Positions 1 through 8,308 of a DNA stretch of 64,000 nucleotides are shown in pieces. Position numbers and translations under genes: made by a program. Position 1 is the stretch's first letter; each line of letters opens with the position of its first letter. This DNA comes from Candidatus Multivoradales bacterium. Its GTDB lineage: Bacteria; Acidobacteriota; Thermoanaerobaculia; Multivoradales; JAHEKO01. The notes under the pieces were generated by a model, which saw only the letters and a list, made by a program, of their open reading frames with translations, searched no databases and was not told the DNA's origin. The stretch covers positions 96,001 through 160,000 of the forward strand of contig CBDCXM010000002.1 in NCBI GenBank assembly GCA_965223855.1, in the 5' to 3' direction.

Positions 1-1
1 G

Positions 2-331
2 GGGGGTGGAGCTCCGGAGGACATCTACCGGATCTTCCACACCGGACTGAGGAGCATCATGCCGTCGTTCGGCGGCGACACGATGGGCCGGGTCAGCCGA
101 CAGGCCTTCGAACTCAGCGCCAACGAGCTGCCGCCCGGAGAGGTCGACGACCTCGCGCCGTGGCTAGAGGCGTTCCCCGCCGACGCTCTCGAGGTCAGTC
201 AGCTCGGGCCTGAGGAGCTGCTCGCAGCGGCGGAGCGCAATTCATGGGATCTCGTGGCCTACATCCTGTCGCTGAGGACCGACACCTCGACCGCGGCGGC
301 CGTACTCGGACCGCAGGGGGTTTCACCGTGA
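2..331 (+). CDS. c-type cytochrome, C-terminal part (5' truncated by window edge); first visible gene of the cbb3 operon
   Basis: Frame is open from nt 2: GGGAPEDIYRIFHTGLRSIMPSF...WDLVAYILSLR. This matches the 'D(I/L)YRxIxxG...MPxF' axial-Met segment and C-terminal helix of class I cytochromes c. The CxxCH lies outside the window. Confidence 0.75.
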   Translation, partial: GGGAPEDIYRIFHTGLRSIMPSFGGDTMGRVSRQAFELSANELPPGEVDDLAPWLEAFPADALEVSQLGPEELLAAAERNSWDLVAYILSLRTDTSTAAAVLGPQGVSP

Positions 332-398
332 TGATGACGACGATCCGTCGACCGAACCCGGGAACCGATCCCGGACTTCCGCCCGGGGTAGCGAAGCG

Positions 399-1844
399 AT
401 GACCGCGACTGCCGAAGCTCTGTCGCCCTCCGCCGTCGGGACACCGCTCTCGAACCGAACGCTCGTCCGCTGGCACCTGTGTGCCGGTGTGACCTGGCTG
501 GCGATCGCGCTCGTGGCCGGGTTGCTGTATTCGCTGCAGCTGCTGCAGCACTGGCCGCTGCCGAAGATCGCAACGCTGTCGCCGGGCCGGATCCGAATGG
601 TGCACACGAACCTGATCGCCTTCGGCTTTCTGACGAACTCGTTCCTCGCGATGCTCTACTGGACGGTGCCGCGACTCACCGGGCGGCGCGTCGCCTCCAA
701 CGGTCTCGGCTGGATCATCTTCGGCGCCTGGAACCTGATCATTCTCGGCACCTGGGTCGGCCTCCACATCGGCGAGGCCCAGGCGATCGAGTGGGGCGAG
801 ACGCCGGTGTGGATCGATCCGCTGGTCGTCGTGGGCGCGATCCTCGTGTGGATCCAGTTCTACCGGCCGATCGTCAAGACGACGGAGCGGTCCCTGTACG
901 TCTCGTTGTGGTACTTCACCGCGGGCTTCATCTGGCTCGGGCTGACCTACATCATGGGGAACTTTTTCCCCCAGTATCTCGTCGCCGGCAACGCGGCGGG
1001 ACCGCTGCTGGGACTCTACATTCACGACCTGGTCGGCCTGTGGGTGACGCCGATGGGGTGGGGGATGATGTACTTCTTCGTCCCGATCATCCTGCGCAAG
1101 CCGATCTGGTCGCATGCGCTCTCACTCGTCGGTTTCTGGGGGCTCGCCTTCTTCTATCCGCTGCAGGGGGTCCATCACTTCCTCGGCTCGCCGATCCCGA
1201 TGTTCGCGCAGTACAGCGCCGTCATCTCGACGATCGCCGTCGAGATCGTCGTCGCGACCGTGATCATCAACTTCTTCATGACCTGGAAGGGGAGCGAGGG
1301 GACTCTGCAGCGCTCGATCCCGATCCGCTGGTTCTGGGTCGGCGCGCTGTGCTACGCGATCACCTGCCTGCAGTGCGCCTTCCAGGTCACCTTGACCTTC
1401 CAGCAGGTGATCCACTTCACGGACTGGGTCGTGGCCCACGCGCATCTCGTGATGTTCGGGGTCTTCAGCTTCTGGATCTTCGGCATGATCGAGCATCTGT
1501 GGCCGAAGCTGACCGGGAACGAGTGGTGGTCGAGCGGCCTGCGCCGCTGGAGCTTCTGGTGTACCTCGCTCGGGCTGCTGGTGATGTTCGTCACGCTGAC
1601 CGCCGGCGGTCTGATCGAGGGCTTCATGGCGATGAACCTGGTGCCGCGCGAGACGATCCTGACTACGATGCAGCCGTACTGGCTGGTTCGCTCCCTGAGC
1701 GGCGTTTCGATCATGGTCGGTGTCGGTGCACTGCTGACGAACATGGTGCTGACGGCGCGGATCCGGCGCGCGGCCCACGTCGATACCGAGTACGCCCCGT
1801 ACGAGGAGCACGAGAACGAGGAGGTGACGCTTGGAGCGGTTTAG
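399..1844 (+). CDS. ccoN: cbb3-type cytochrome c oxidase subunit I
   Basis: About 12 hydrophobic helices. Metal-ligand motifs GRIRMVHTN, YIHDLVG, FYPLQGVHHF and HFTDWVVAHAH, plus EWGE and SLYVSLWY, as in C-family heme-copper oxidases. Confidence 0.93.
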   Translation: MTATAEALSPSAVGTPLSNRTLVRWHLCAGVTWLAIALVAGLLYSLQLLQHWPLPKIATLSPGRIRMVHTNLIAFGFLTNSFLAMLYWTVPRLTGRRVASNGLGWIIFGAWNLIILGTWVGLHIGEAQAIEWGETPVWIDPLVVVGAILVWIQFYRPIVKTTERSLYVSLWYFTAGFIWLGLTYIMGNFFPQYLVAGNAAGPLLGLYIHDLVGLWVTPMGWGMMYFFVPIILRKPIWSHALSLVGFWGLAFFYPLQGVHHFLGSPIPMFAQYSAVISTIAVEIVVATVIINFFMTWKGSEGTLQRSIPIRWFWVGALCYAITCLQCAFQVTLTFQQVIHFTDWVVAHAHLVMFGVFSFWIFGMIEHLWPKLTGNEWWSSGLRRWSFWCTSLGLLVMFVTLTAGGLIEGFMAMNLVPRETILTTMQPYWLVRSLSGVSIMVGVGALLTNMVLTARIRRAAHVDTEYAPYEEHENEEVTLGAV

Positions 1845-2520
1845 CTTCGTCTTCCTGGTGGCAGGGATCGGATTCTTCGCCATCGCCTTTGTCGCCAGCG
1901 CCTGGATCCCGATGCTCCCGGTGCAGCACCTCGAGGTGCGCACGGTCGAGCAGCTGGCGGCCGGGCAGCCGCTCGAGTGGCACGAGCTCAAAGACCAGTA
2001 TCCGGAGGCGTTCGAAGCCGCCTTCGGAGGCATGAGCGACGAAGCCGCCTTCGCCGAGGCACTGAGGGTCGGCCACAAGACCTACGTCGGCGAGGCGTGC
2101 TGGCACTGTCACAGCCAGCAGGTGCGGCCGTGGGGCAACGACGAGGCTCGCTACGGGCGTCGCGCCTTCCCGGAGGAGTACCACAACGAGCTCAACATGC
2201 CGCCGCTGTGGGGAACCCGCCGGATCGGGCCCGACCTGAGCCGCAGGGGCGGACGGCAGTCGAACGACTGGCACGTTGCCCACTTCTACCACCCGCCCGA
2301 CGTCAACCCGGTCAGCGTGATGCCGAGCTACCCGTGGTTCCTCGAGGAGGACGGCGTGACCCCGAACAAGACCGGTTTGTCGATCATCGCCTACGTTCAG
2401 TGGCTCGGCAGTTGGGTCGAGACGATCGACGAGACGGTCTACGAGATCGATGCGATCGAGCAGCGCTACCCGGCCCCCGACCTGACCGCCGCCGTGGGTG
2501 AAGCCGGGGGTGAAGGATGA
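1831..2520 (+). CDS. ccoO: cbb3-type cytochrome c oxidase subunit II
   Basis: N-terminal TM, then GEACWHCHSQQVRP, LWGTRRIGPDL, DWHVAHF and SVMPSYPW (FixO motifs). Overlaps the ccoN stop. Confidence 0.93.
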   Translation: MERFSFVFLVAGIGFFAIAFVASAWIPMLPVQHLEVRTVEQLAAGQPLEWHELKDQYPEAFEAAFGGMSDEAAFAEALRVGHKTYVGEACWHCHSQQVRPWGNDEARYGRRAFPEEYHNELNMPPLWGTRRIGPDLSRRGGRQSNDWHVAHFYHPPDVNPVSVMPSYPWFLEEDGVTPNKTGLSIIAYVQWLGSWVETIDETVYEIDAIEQRYPAPDLTAAVGEAGGEG

Positions 2521-2888
2521 GCGCCGTCCGTCCCGCCGAGGGGCCCCGCGGGGTCGCTCCCTCGCCGCAGCCCTCGGATCTTTCGCCCCGCGGCAGAGCG
2601 TTCCTGTGGGCGTTCTCCATAGCGATGATCCTGGTGGCCGGGTCCGCCTTCGTCCTCAAGCTGATCGAATTCACGACGACGGCGACCCGCGAAGGCACCG
2701 GAGCTCTCGCGTCTTTCCTGATCCCGGTGCTCAACTACCTGCTCGTCGCGGCCGGCTTCTTCTGTCTCTTCCTGTGGGCCTACTTCCGGGGCCACTATCG
2801 CGACGTCGAGGGACCGAAGTACAGGATGCTGGAGCTGGCGAGCGAGGTCGATCGCGCCGAGCGCCAGGGAGGAGGAACAGATGGCTGA
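2517..2888 (+). CDS. membrane protein with CcoS/FixS-like C-terminal domain (cbb3 assembly)
   Basis: Two TM helices then FLWAYFRGHYRDVEGPKYRML, similar to the CcoS pattern 'FxWAxxxGQFDDxExxAxRxL'. ATGA-coupled to ccoO. Confidence 0.7.
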   Translation: MSAVRPAEGPRGVAPSPQPSDLSPRGRAFLWAFSIAMILVAGSAFVLKLIEFTTTATREGTGALASFLIPVLNYLLVAAGFFCLFLWAYFRGHYRDVEGPKYRMLELASEVDRAERQGGGTDG

Positions 2889-3030
2889 GACTCCGGAACG
2901 AAAGCCCTTCCGCCGCCACAAGTACCTCGACTACAAGGGGTACGACTTCCCGTGGTACGCGTCGCTCATCTGGATCTCGTTCTTCATCGGCGGGCTGATC
3001 TACTTCGTCCGCTTCGTGCTGTTGGAGTGA
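2881..3030 (+). CDS. small single-TM protein (49 aa) in cbb3 operon; absent from ORF track
   Basis: MAETPERKPFRRHKYLDYKGYDFPWYASLIWISFFIGGLIYFVRFVLLE*. GGAGGA RBS just upstream, high-GC3 codons, and it fills the gap between the ccoS-like gene and ccoI. Confidence 0.8.
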   Translation: MAETPERKPFRRHKYLDYKGYDFPWYASLIWISFFIGGLIYFVRFVLLE

Positions 3031-3034
3031 TCGG

Positions 3035-5245
3035 GTGATGGCGACGTCGGGGGAGGAAGGGGCGACCCCGACGGCGTCGTGTGTCCAGTGCGGCCTGCCC
3101 GTGCGGCGGCCTGCGAAGAAGTCCGGCGGGAGTGCACTCGCGTTCTGCTGTCTGGGGTGCGCGGTCGTCCACCGGCTCGCGCTTCCCTCGATGCAAGGGG
3201 GAGGGACGGGGAGCGGCTCGACCGTACTGCTGCGTCTCGGGCTCGGCATCTTCCTGACCCTCAACGTGATGGTGGCGAGCTGGCTCTCGTACTCCAGCGA
3301 GATCCTGGGCGTCGAGCCGGCGGCCGGCGGCGAGTCCGCCCTGGCGGCGATGGCGGCGTACCTGGCGATGACGCTGACGACGTGCGTCGTCGCACTTCTC
3401 GGCGTCCCGTTGCTCGTCGATTCGGTGAGGGCACTGGTTCTCGAGCGTCGCCTCGACGCGCAGTTGCTGGTGGTTCTCAGCGTCTTCTCGGCCTTCGTTC
3501 TGAGCGTCGTGCACACCGTGCGCGGCAGCGGGTCGCTCTACTTCGACACCGCGGCGCTGGTGCTGGTAATCGTGACTCTCGGAGCGCAGATGGAGGCGAG
3601 CGCCCGTCGGCGTGCCGGGGCTCATGCGCGGCGGCTGCTCGTCGACTTGCCCTCCGGCGCCAGGGTGTGGCGTGACGGCGCGTGGGATGAGGTGCCGCCG
3701 TCCGAACTCGAGGTGGGGGAGCGGGTGCAGATCCCGGCGGGTGAGACGGTGGCGGTCGACGGCGTCGTCGAGGAGGGCGAGAGCCAGGTCGACGAGGCCT
3801 GTCTCACCGGAGAGTCGCGACCTCGCTTCGTCGCAGCGGGAGACGCGCTGCTGGCGGGGGCGCAGAACTTCGACGGTCGTCTCGTCGTCCGGGTCGGACG
3901 GCCGGCGGCCGACACGGTGCTCGCCCAGATGGAGCGGTCGCTTCGACAGGCCCGCGGCTCGCGACCCCCGGTGCAGCGACTCGCCGACCGCATCGCCGCG
4001 ATCTTCGTGCCCGGAGTCGTCGTCCTGGCGCTGTCGCTGCTGGTCGTGCTCTGGGCGCGTGGAAGTGCGGCCGAAGGCCTGATCCGTGCGTTGAGCGTGC
4101 TGCTGATCGCCTGCCCGTGCGCTCTGGGGCTGGCAGCTCCGCTGGCGAGTTGGGTCGGCCTGCGACGAGCCGCCCGGCTCGGAGTGCTCGTCGACTCCGC
4201 CGCGACGCTCGAGCGCGCGGCGGCGGTCGACCGGCTGTTCGTCGACAAGACGGGCACGCTCAGCGTTCCCGACCCGGCGCTCGACTCGATCGTCACCGCC
4301 GAGGGTCTCTCTCGCGGCGAGGCGCTATCGATGGCGGCGGCACTCGAGACGGCGAGCCGCCATCCTGTGGCCGCCGCGGTGCTCGAGGCCGCCGCGGCCG
4401 CGGGGACTCGTCCCTGCGAGGTCGAGCGGGCCCGCCAGGTCGTGGCGCGAGGCGTCGAAGGTCGGATCGACGGCCGGAAGGTGAGGCTGGGGAGTGCGCG
4501 CTGGGCACGAGAGCACGGTGTCGACCCCGGGCGGCTGACCGGCGCCGTCGATGCCGACTCGGGTTCGGAGGGCTCCGCTGCGGATGGGAAAGAAGGGGAG
4601 GGTCTGGTTCTGTTCGACGACCGACCGCTGGCGGTGTTCGAACTGGCGGAGCGGCCTCGTCCGGACGTCGTTCCCATGCTCCGGCAACTGCACGCGACCG
4701 GCGTCGAAGTCAGACTCCTCAGCGGCGACGAGGAGAGCAGAGTTCGGGCGTTCGCCGAGCGCTTCGGCCTGCAGGCACAGGGAGAGCTGAGCTCTGAGGA
4801 CAAGCTCGCAGTGGTTCGGGAGGCGGCGTCCCGCTCGGGTGGACGCGGCGCGGTCGCCATGCTCGGCGACGGAGTCAACGACGCCGCGGTCCTGGCGGGT
4901 GCGGACGTCGGGATCTCGGTCGGCTCGGCGAGCGACCTGGCGCGCCGGGCCGGCAACGTGAGGTTGGTGGGCGACCGGCTGACTGCGGTGCCCGAGCTGT
5001 TGACTCTGGCACGCGACGTGCGCCGGAGAATTCGCTGGAACCTCGCCTTCGCCTTCGGCTTCAACTCGGTCGGAGTGACCCTTGCGGCCTTCGGTGTGCT
5101 GACTCCGGTCTTCGCTGCGCTGGCGATGCTCCTGTCGAGCCTGGCGGTGCTGAGGATCTCGACGCGCGCCCCGGCCGCTCCCTCGCCGGAGTCCGACGAA
5201 GTGGCCCTCTGGCCTCTGCCGGCCGCACCCGAGGCGACCGGATGA
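3035..5245 (+). CDS. ccoI: heavy-metal (Cu) P1B-type ATPase, CcoI/FixI type
   Basis: N-terminal CVQCGLP...FCCLGC, then YFDT, LTGES, IACPCALGLA, DKTGT, HP and GDGVND motifs. Lies in the cbb3 operon. Confidence 0.9.
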   Translation: MMATSGEEGATPTASCVQCGLPVRRPAKKSGGSALAFCCLGCAVVHRLALPSMQGGGTGSGSTVLLRLGLGIFLTLNVMVASWLSYSSEILGVEPAAGGESALAAMAAYLAMTLTTCVVALLGVPLLVDSVRALVLERRLDAQLLVVLSVFSAFVLSVVHTVRGSGSLYFDTAALVLVIVTLGAQMEASARRRAGAHARRLLVDLPSGARVWRDGAWDEVPPSELEVGERVQIPAGETVAVDGVVEEGESQVDEACLTGESRPRFVAAGDALLAGAQNFDGRLVVRVGRPAADTVLAQMERSLRQARGSRPPVQRLADRIAAIFVPGVVVLALSLLVVLWARGSAAEGLIRALSVLLIACPCALGLAAPLASWVGLRRAARLGVLVDSAATLERAAAVDRLFVDKTGTLSVPDPALDSIVTAEGLSRGEALSMAAALETASRHPVAAAVLEAAAAAGTRPCEVERARQVVARGVEGRIDGRKVRLGSARWAREHGVDPGRLTGAVDADSGSEGSAADGKEGEGLVLFDDRPLAVFELAERPRPDVVPMLRQLHATGVEVRLLSGDEESRVRAFAERFGLQAQGELSSEDKLAVVREAASRSGGRGAVAMLGDGVNDAAVLAGADVGISVGSASDLARRAGNVRLVGDRLTAVPELLTLARDVRRRIRWNLAFAFGFNSVGVTLAAFGVLTPVFAALAMLLSSLAVLRISTRAPAAPSPESDEVALWPLPAAPEATG

Positions 5246-5913
5246 GGCTGGGCGACGGACCGGAGTTCTGGGCGGCGACGTCGGCGCTCTTCGTGGCAGG
5301 CCTCGTCGGCAGCCTTCACTGTGTCGTCATGTGCGGTCCGCTGCACGCGGCCGCTGCCCGCCTGCAGGCGAAGACGACGCAGAGCCCTCTGTCGGGCGCC
5401 CTCGTCTTTCAGCTCGGGAGAGTGTGGACCTACGGCCTCCTGGGCCTGCTGGTGGGCCTGGCAGGGGTTCGTCTGGAAGCGGGTTTGCAGACGATCGGCT
5501 GGCTGCGACCGGTCGCCGTCGCCGCGGGGCTGCTGATGGTGGCGGCAGGCGTGACGATCGCACTGCGTGGCGGCACCTGGCTGCCGCAGCGCTGCCTCTC
5601 CTGGTTGGGCTCGCGGCGCGGCTTCGGCGGCGCCCTGCGTTCGCAGCCGAAGGTCGTCCTCGGAGCCCTCTCGGGCCTGGTTCCGTGCGGGCTGGTCTAC
5701 GCCGCACTTCTGGTTGCTGCGACTGCGGCGAAGCCGTGGCAGGCCGCGGCGGCGATGGTGGCCTTCGGTGCCGGAACGCTCGTACCCCTCACGGCACTGA
5801 CGGTCGGCTCCATGCGACTTCCCTCGAGGTGGGCGGCGCGGGAATCCGCCGTGACCTCGGGACTGCTGATGGTGGCCGGCAGCCTCCTGCTATTCAGGGC
5901 GTGGGCGGGCTGA
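5242..5913 (+). CDS. DsbD_2 / TauE-SafE-like membrane protein associated with cbb3 biogenesis
   Basis: GSLHCVVMCGP, GRVWTY, GLVPCGLVY and FGAGT motifs; multi-TM; ATGA-coupled to ccoI. Confidence 0.85.
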   Translation: MRLGDGPEFWAATSALFVAGLVGSLHCVVMCGPLHAAAARLQAKTTQSPLSGALVFQLGRVWTYGLLGLLVGLAGVRLEAGLQTIGWLRPVAVAAGLLMVAAGVTIALRGGTWLPQRCLSWLGSRRGFGGALRSQPKVVLGALSGLVPCGLVYAALLVAATAAKPWQAAAAMVAFGAGTLVPLTALTVGSMRLPSRWAARESAVTSGLLMVAGSLLLFRAWAG

Positions 5914-6113
5914 CGAGGCTCGCGGCCGAGCCGCACGACTTCCACGACGACCGGACAGCCCGCGAGTGGTTGGGGACCCCTCGAGCGTCCAACCGACCGG
6001 CCTGCCTGGATCCCCTGGCCCGAACCGTCGGGTCCGGCAGCCGAGCGCCTTCGGAGCTATGCTCGCAGCCCGGGGGAGGGAACCCTGGGGCGGCAGCTGC
6101 CGGCTGTCTACCT

Positions 6114-6647
6114 TCAGTCCTCTGTGAGACCGAGTCGCTCCCTCACGACACCCTCGAGACTCGTCAGCCCGGACTCGAGCCCGATCTCGAGCGCTTCTGC
6201 GCCGCTCCGGCCGTCGACGAAGTGCGCCTCGAGCGCGAACAGGCCGCCGACGCGGTTGCCACTGCCGCAGTGAACGAGGGTCGGTCGCGGGAGCTCGTCG
6301 AGCAGGCGGGCGAACTCCCGCGCCGACTCCTCGGTGAGTCCTGCAGCGCCCTCGATCGGGAGCTCGAAGTACTCGAGGCCGAAGCGCTCGACCTCTTCTC
6401 CACGAATCGACGATTCTTCGCCGCCCCGCAGGTTGAGGACCGAGGCGTAGCCGGCGTCGGCGAGCCCGGCGAGCGCGTCCTCGGTCGGTTGCCCGCCGAC
6501 GAGGATCCCGCCTTCGAGCAGTTTGCCGTTCGGCACGAGAGCCGTGACGTCCGGGTCGGTTGCGTCCTCGTCGGCATGAGCCGCCGCCAGCATCGTGACC
6601 GCGAAGACCAGGGAGACGAAGAGGGAGAGGCGTCGCGTCAGGTTCAT
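6114..6647 (-). CDS. exported DUF442 / PTP-like (sulfurtransferase/phosphatase fold) protein
   Basis: Signal peptide, GGQP, VLNLR and an active-site loop HCGSGNR (Cx5R-like). Confidence 0.8.
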   Translation of the reverse strand: MNLTRRLSLFVSLVFAVTMLAAAHADEDATDPDVTALVPNGKLLEGGILVGGQPTEDALAGLADAGYASVLNLRGGEESSIRGEEVERFGLEYFELPIEGAAGLTEESAREFARLLDELPRPTLVHCGSGNRVGGLFALEAHFVDGRSGAEALEIGLESGLTSLEGVVRERLGLTED

Positions 6648-6766
6648 CCCGTGACGCTATCGCACGACGGCCCAGAGCCGAACTCGGGGGGCGAGATCCC
6701 GCCCTGCCGGCGTCTCCCGGCGGGCGCCTCCGACACTCTTCCGAGACTCGGTTATATTCGCTCCAC

Positions 6767-8308
6767 ATGGAGCCCGCTTCCGGAGCGTCGACACCCAGCC
6801 CTCGCTGGGCCAAGGTGATCGACCATGAGACCTGCATCGGCTGCCACGCCTGTTCGACGGCGTGCAAGTCCGAGAACGAGGTCCCGCTGTCGGTCAACCG
6901 GACCTACGTCAAGTACGTCGATGTGGGCGAGTTTCCCGAGGCGCGCCGCGCCTTTCAGGTGACGCGCTGCAACCAGTGCTCCGACGCCCCGTGCGTGACG
7001 GCGTGCCCGACCTCGGCGATGTACGCCCGCGAGGACGGCATCGTCGACTTCGACAAGTCGATCTGCATCGGCTGCAAGGCGTGCATGGCGGCCTGCCCGT
7101 ACGACGCGATCTTCATCAACCCGGAGGACCACTCGGCGGAGAAGTGCAACTTCTGCGCGCACCGGATCGACGTCGGTCTCGAGCCTGCGTGCTCGGTGGT
7201 CTGCCCGGTGGAGGCGATCGTCGTCGGGGATCTCGAAGATCCCACGAGCCGGGTCGCACAGATGGTCCATCGCCAGCCGGTGACGGTGCGCCGCCCGGAG
7301 AAAGAGACCGGGCCGAAGCTCTTCTACACCGGGGCGCACCAGGCGACGGTGGATCCCCTGGCGGCGCGCCGGCCGGAGGGCGGGCTCTTCATGTGGTCGG
7401 AGCAGCTGGGCCCCGAGGCGGGGCCGGAGATGCTCGTCGCCGGGCATCCCGGCCACGGCAACTCCTCGGCGGCTGCGCTCCTCTCCTACGATGCACCCCA
7501 CCGGATTCCCTGGGACTGGAAGGTCAGCCTCTACACGCTGACCAAGTCGATCGCCGCCGGCGTGATGCTGGCAGCCGCCTTCGTGCCGGCAGGGCTGGGC
7601 GACCACCTGTGGCAGTGGGGGGTCCCTCTGCTCGGTCTGGCGTTCCTCGCGCTGACCGGCCTGCTCCTGATCGCCGATCTGGAGCACCCGAAGCGCTTCT
7701 ACCTCATCTTCACCCGCCCGCAGTGGAAGAGCTGGCTCGTGCGTGGCGCCTTCGTGATCGCCGCCTACGGTGCCTTTCTCACCCTGCATCTGGCGTCGTC
7801 GCTCTTCGGCGCGACGTTGGCACGAGGGTGGATCACGGCCGGAGTGCTGACCGGCGGGGCGACCGCCGTCTACACGGCGTGGCTCTTCGCTCAGGCGAAA
7901 GCCCGTGATCTGTGGCAGTCGCCGCTGCTGCCACCCCATCTGCTCGTCCAGGCGCTGGTCGCCGGTAGCGCTACCTTGCTGTTGTGGGCGACCGCCTGGG
8001 CACCGGAGGCGAGCGGGCGGCTGGCCGTCGTCCTGGCGGTCAGCAGCGCGCTCCATCTCGTGCTGGTGGCGACGGAGCTCACCCTGCCGCACTCGACGGC
8101 GCACGTCTCGCTCGCCGTGAGGGAGATGACGCGAGGCCGCTACCGCCGCTGGTTCCGGGCCGGGCTCACCCTCGGGGCGCTCGGTCTGGTGTCGCCGTGG
8201 GTCGAACCGTCGTGGCTGATGGCGGTGCCGGCGTGCGGCGCCCTCGTCGGCCTCGGTCTTTACGAACACGCCTACGTCCAGGGCGGGCAGGCGGTGCCGC
8301 TGGCATGA
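6767..8308 (+). CDS. fused 4Fe-4S electron-transfer subunit (DmsB/PsrB-like) + NrfD/PsrC membrane anchor
   Basis: Four Cys clusters (CIGCHACSTAC, CNQCSDAPCVTACP, CIGCKACMAACP, KCNFC...PACSVVCP), followed by NrfD motifs DLEHPKRF and SWLVRGA with about 8 TMs. Confidence 0.92.
   Translation: MEPASGASTPSPRWAKVIDHETCIGCHACSTACKSENEVPLSVNRTYVKYVDVGEFPEARRAFQVTRCNQCSDAPCVTACPTSAMYAREDGIVDFDKSICIGCKACMAACPYDAIFINPEDHSAEKCNFCAHRIDVGLEPACSVVCPVEAIVVGDLEDPTSRVAQMVHRQPVTVRRPEKETGPKLFYTGAHQATVDPLAARRPEGGLFMWSEQLGPEAGPEMLVAGHPGHGNSSAAALLSYDAPHRIPWDWKVSLYTLTKSIAAGVMLAAAFVPAGLGDHLWQWGVPLLGLAFLALTGLLLIADLEHPKRFYLIFTRPQWKSWLVRGAFVIAAYGAFLTLHLASSLFGATLARGWITAGVLTGGATAVYTAWLFAQAKARDLWQSPLLPPHLLVQALVAGSATLLLWATAWAPEASGRLAVVLAVSSALHLVLVATELTLPHSTAHVSLAVREMTRGRYRRWFRAGLTLGALGLVSPWVEPSWLMAVPACGALVGLGLYEHAYVQGGQAVPLA

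Noticed and set aside
331-402. 23-codon ORF (MMTTIRRPNPG...) bridging the cyt c stop and ccoN start
   Set aside because: Too short and featureless to support; may be chance.
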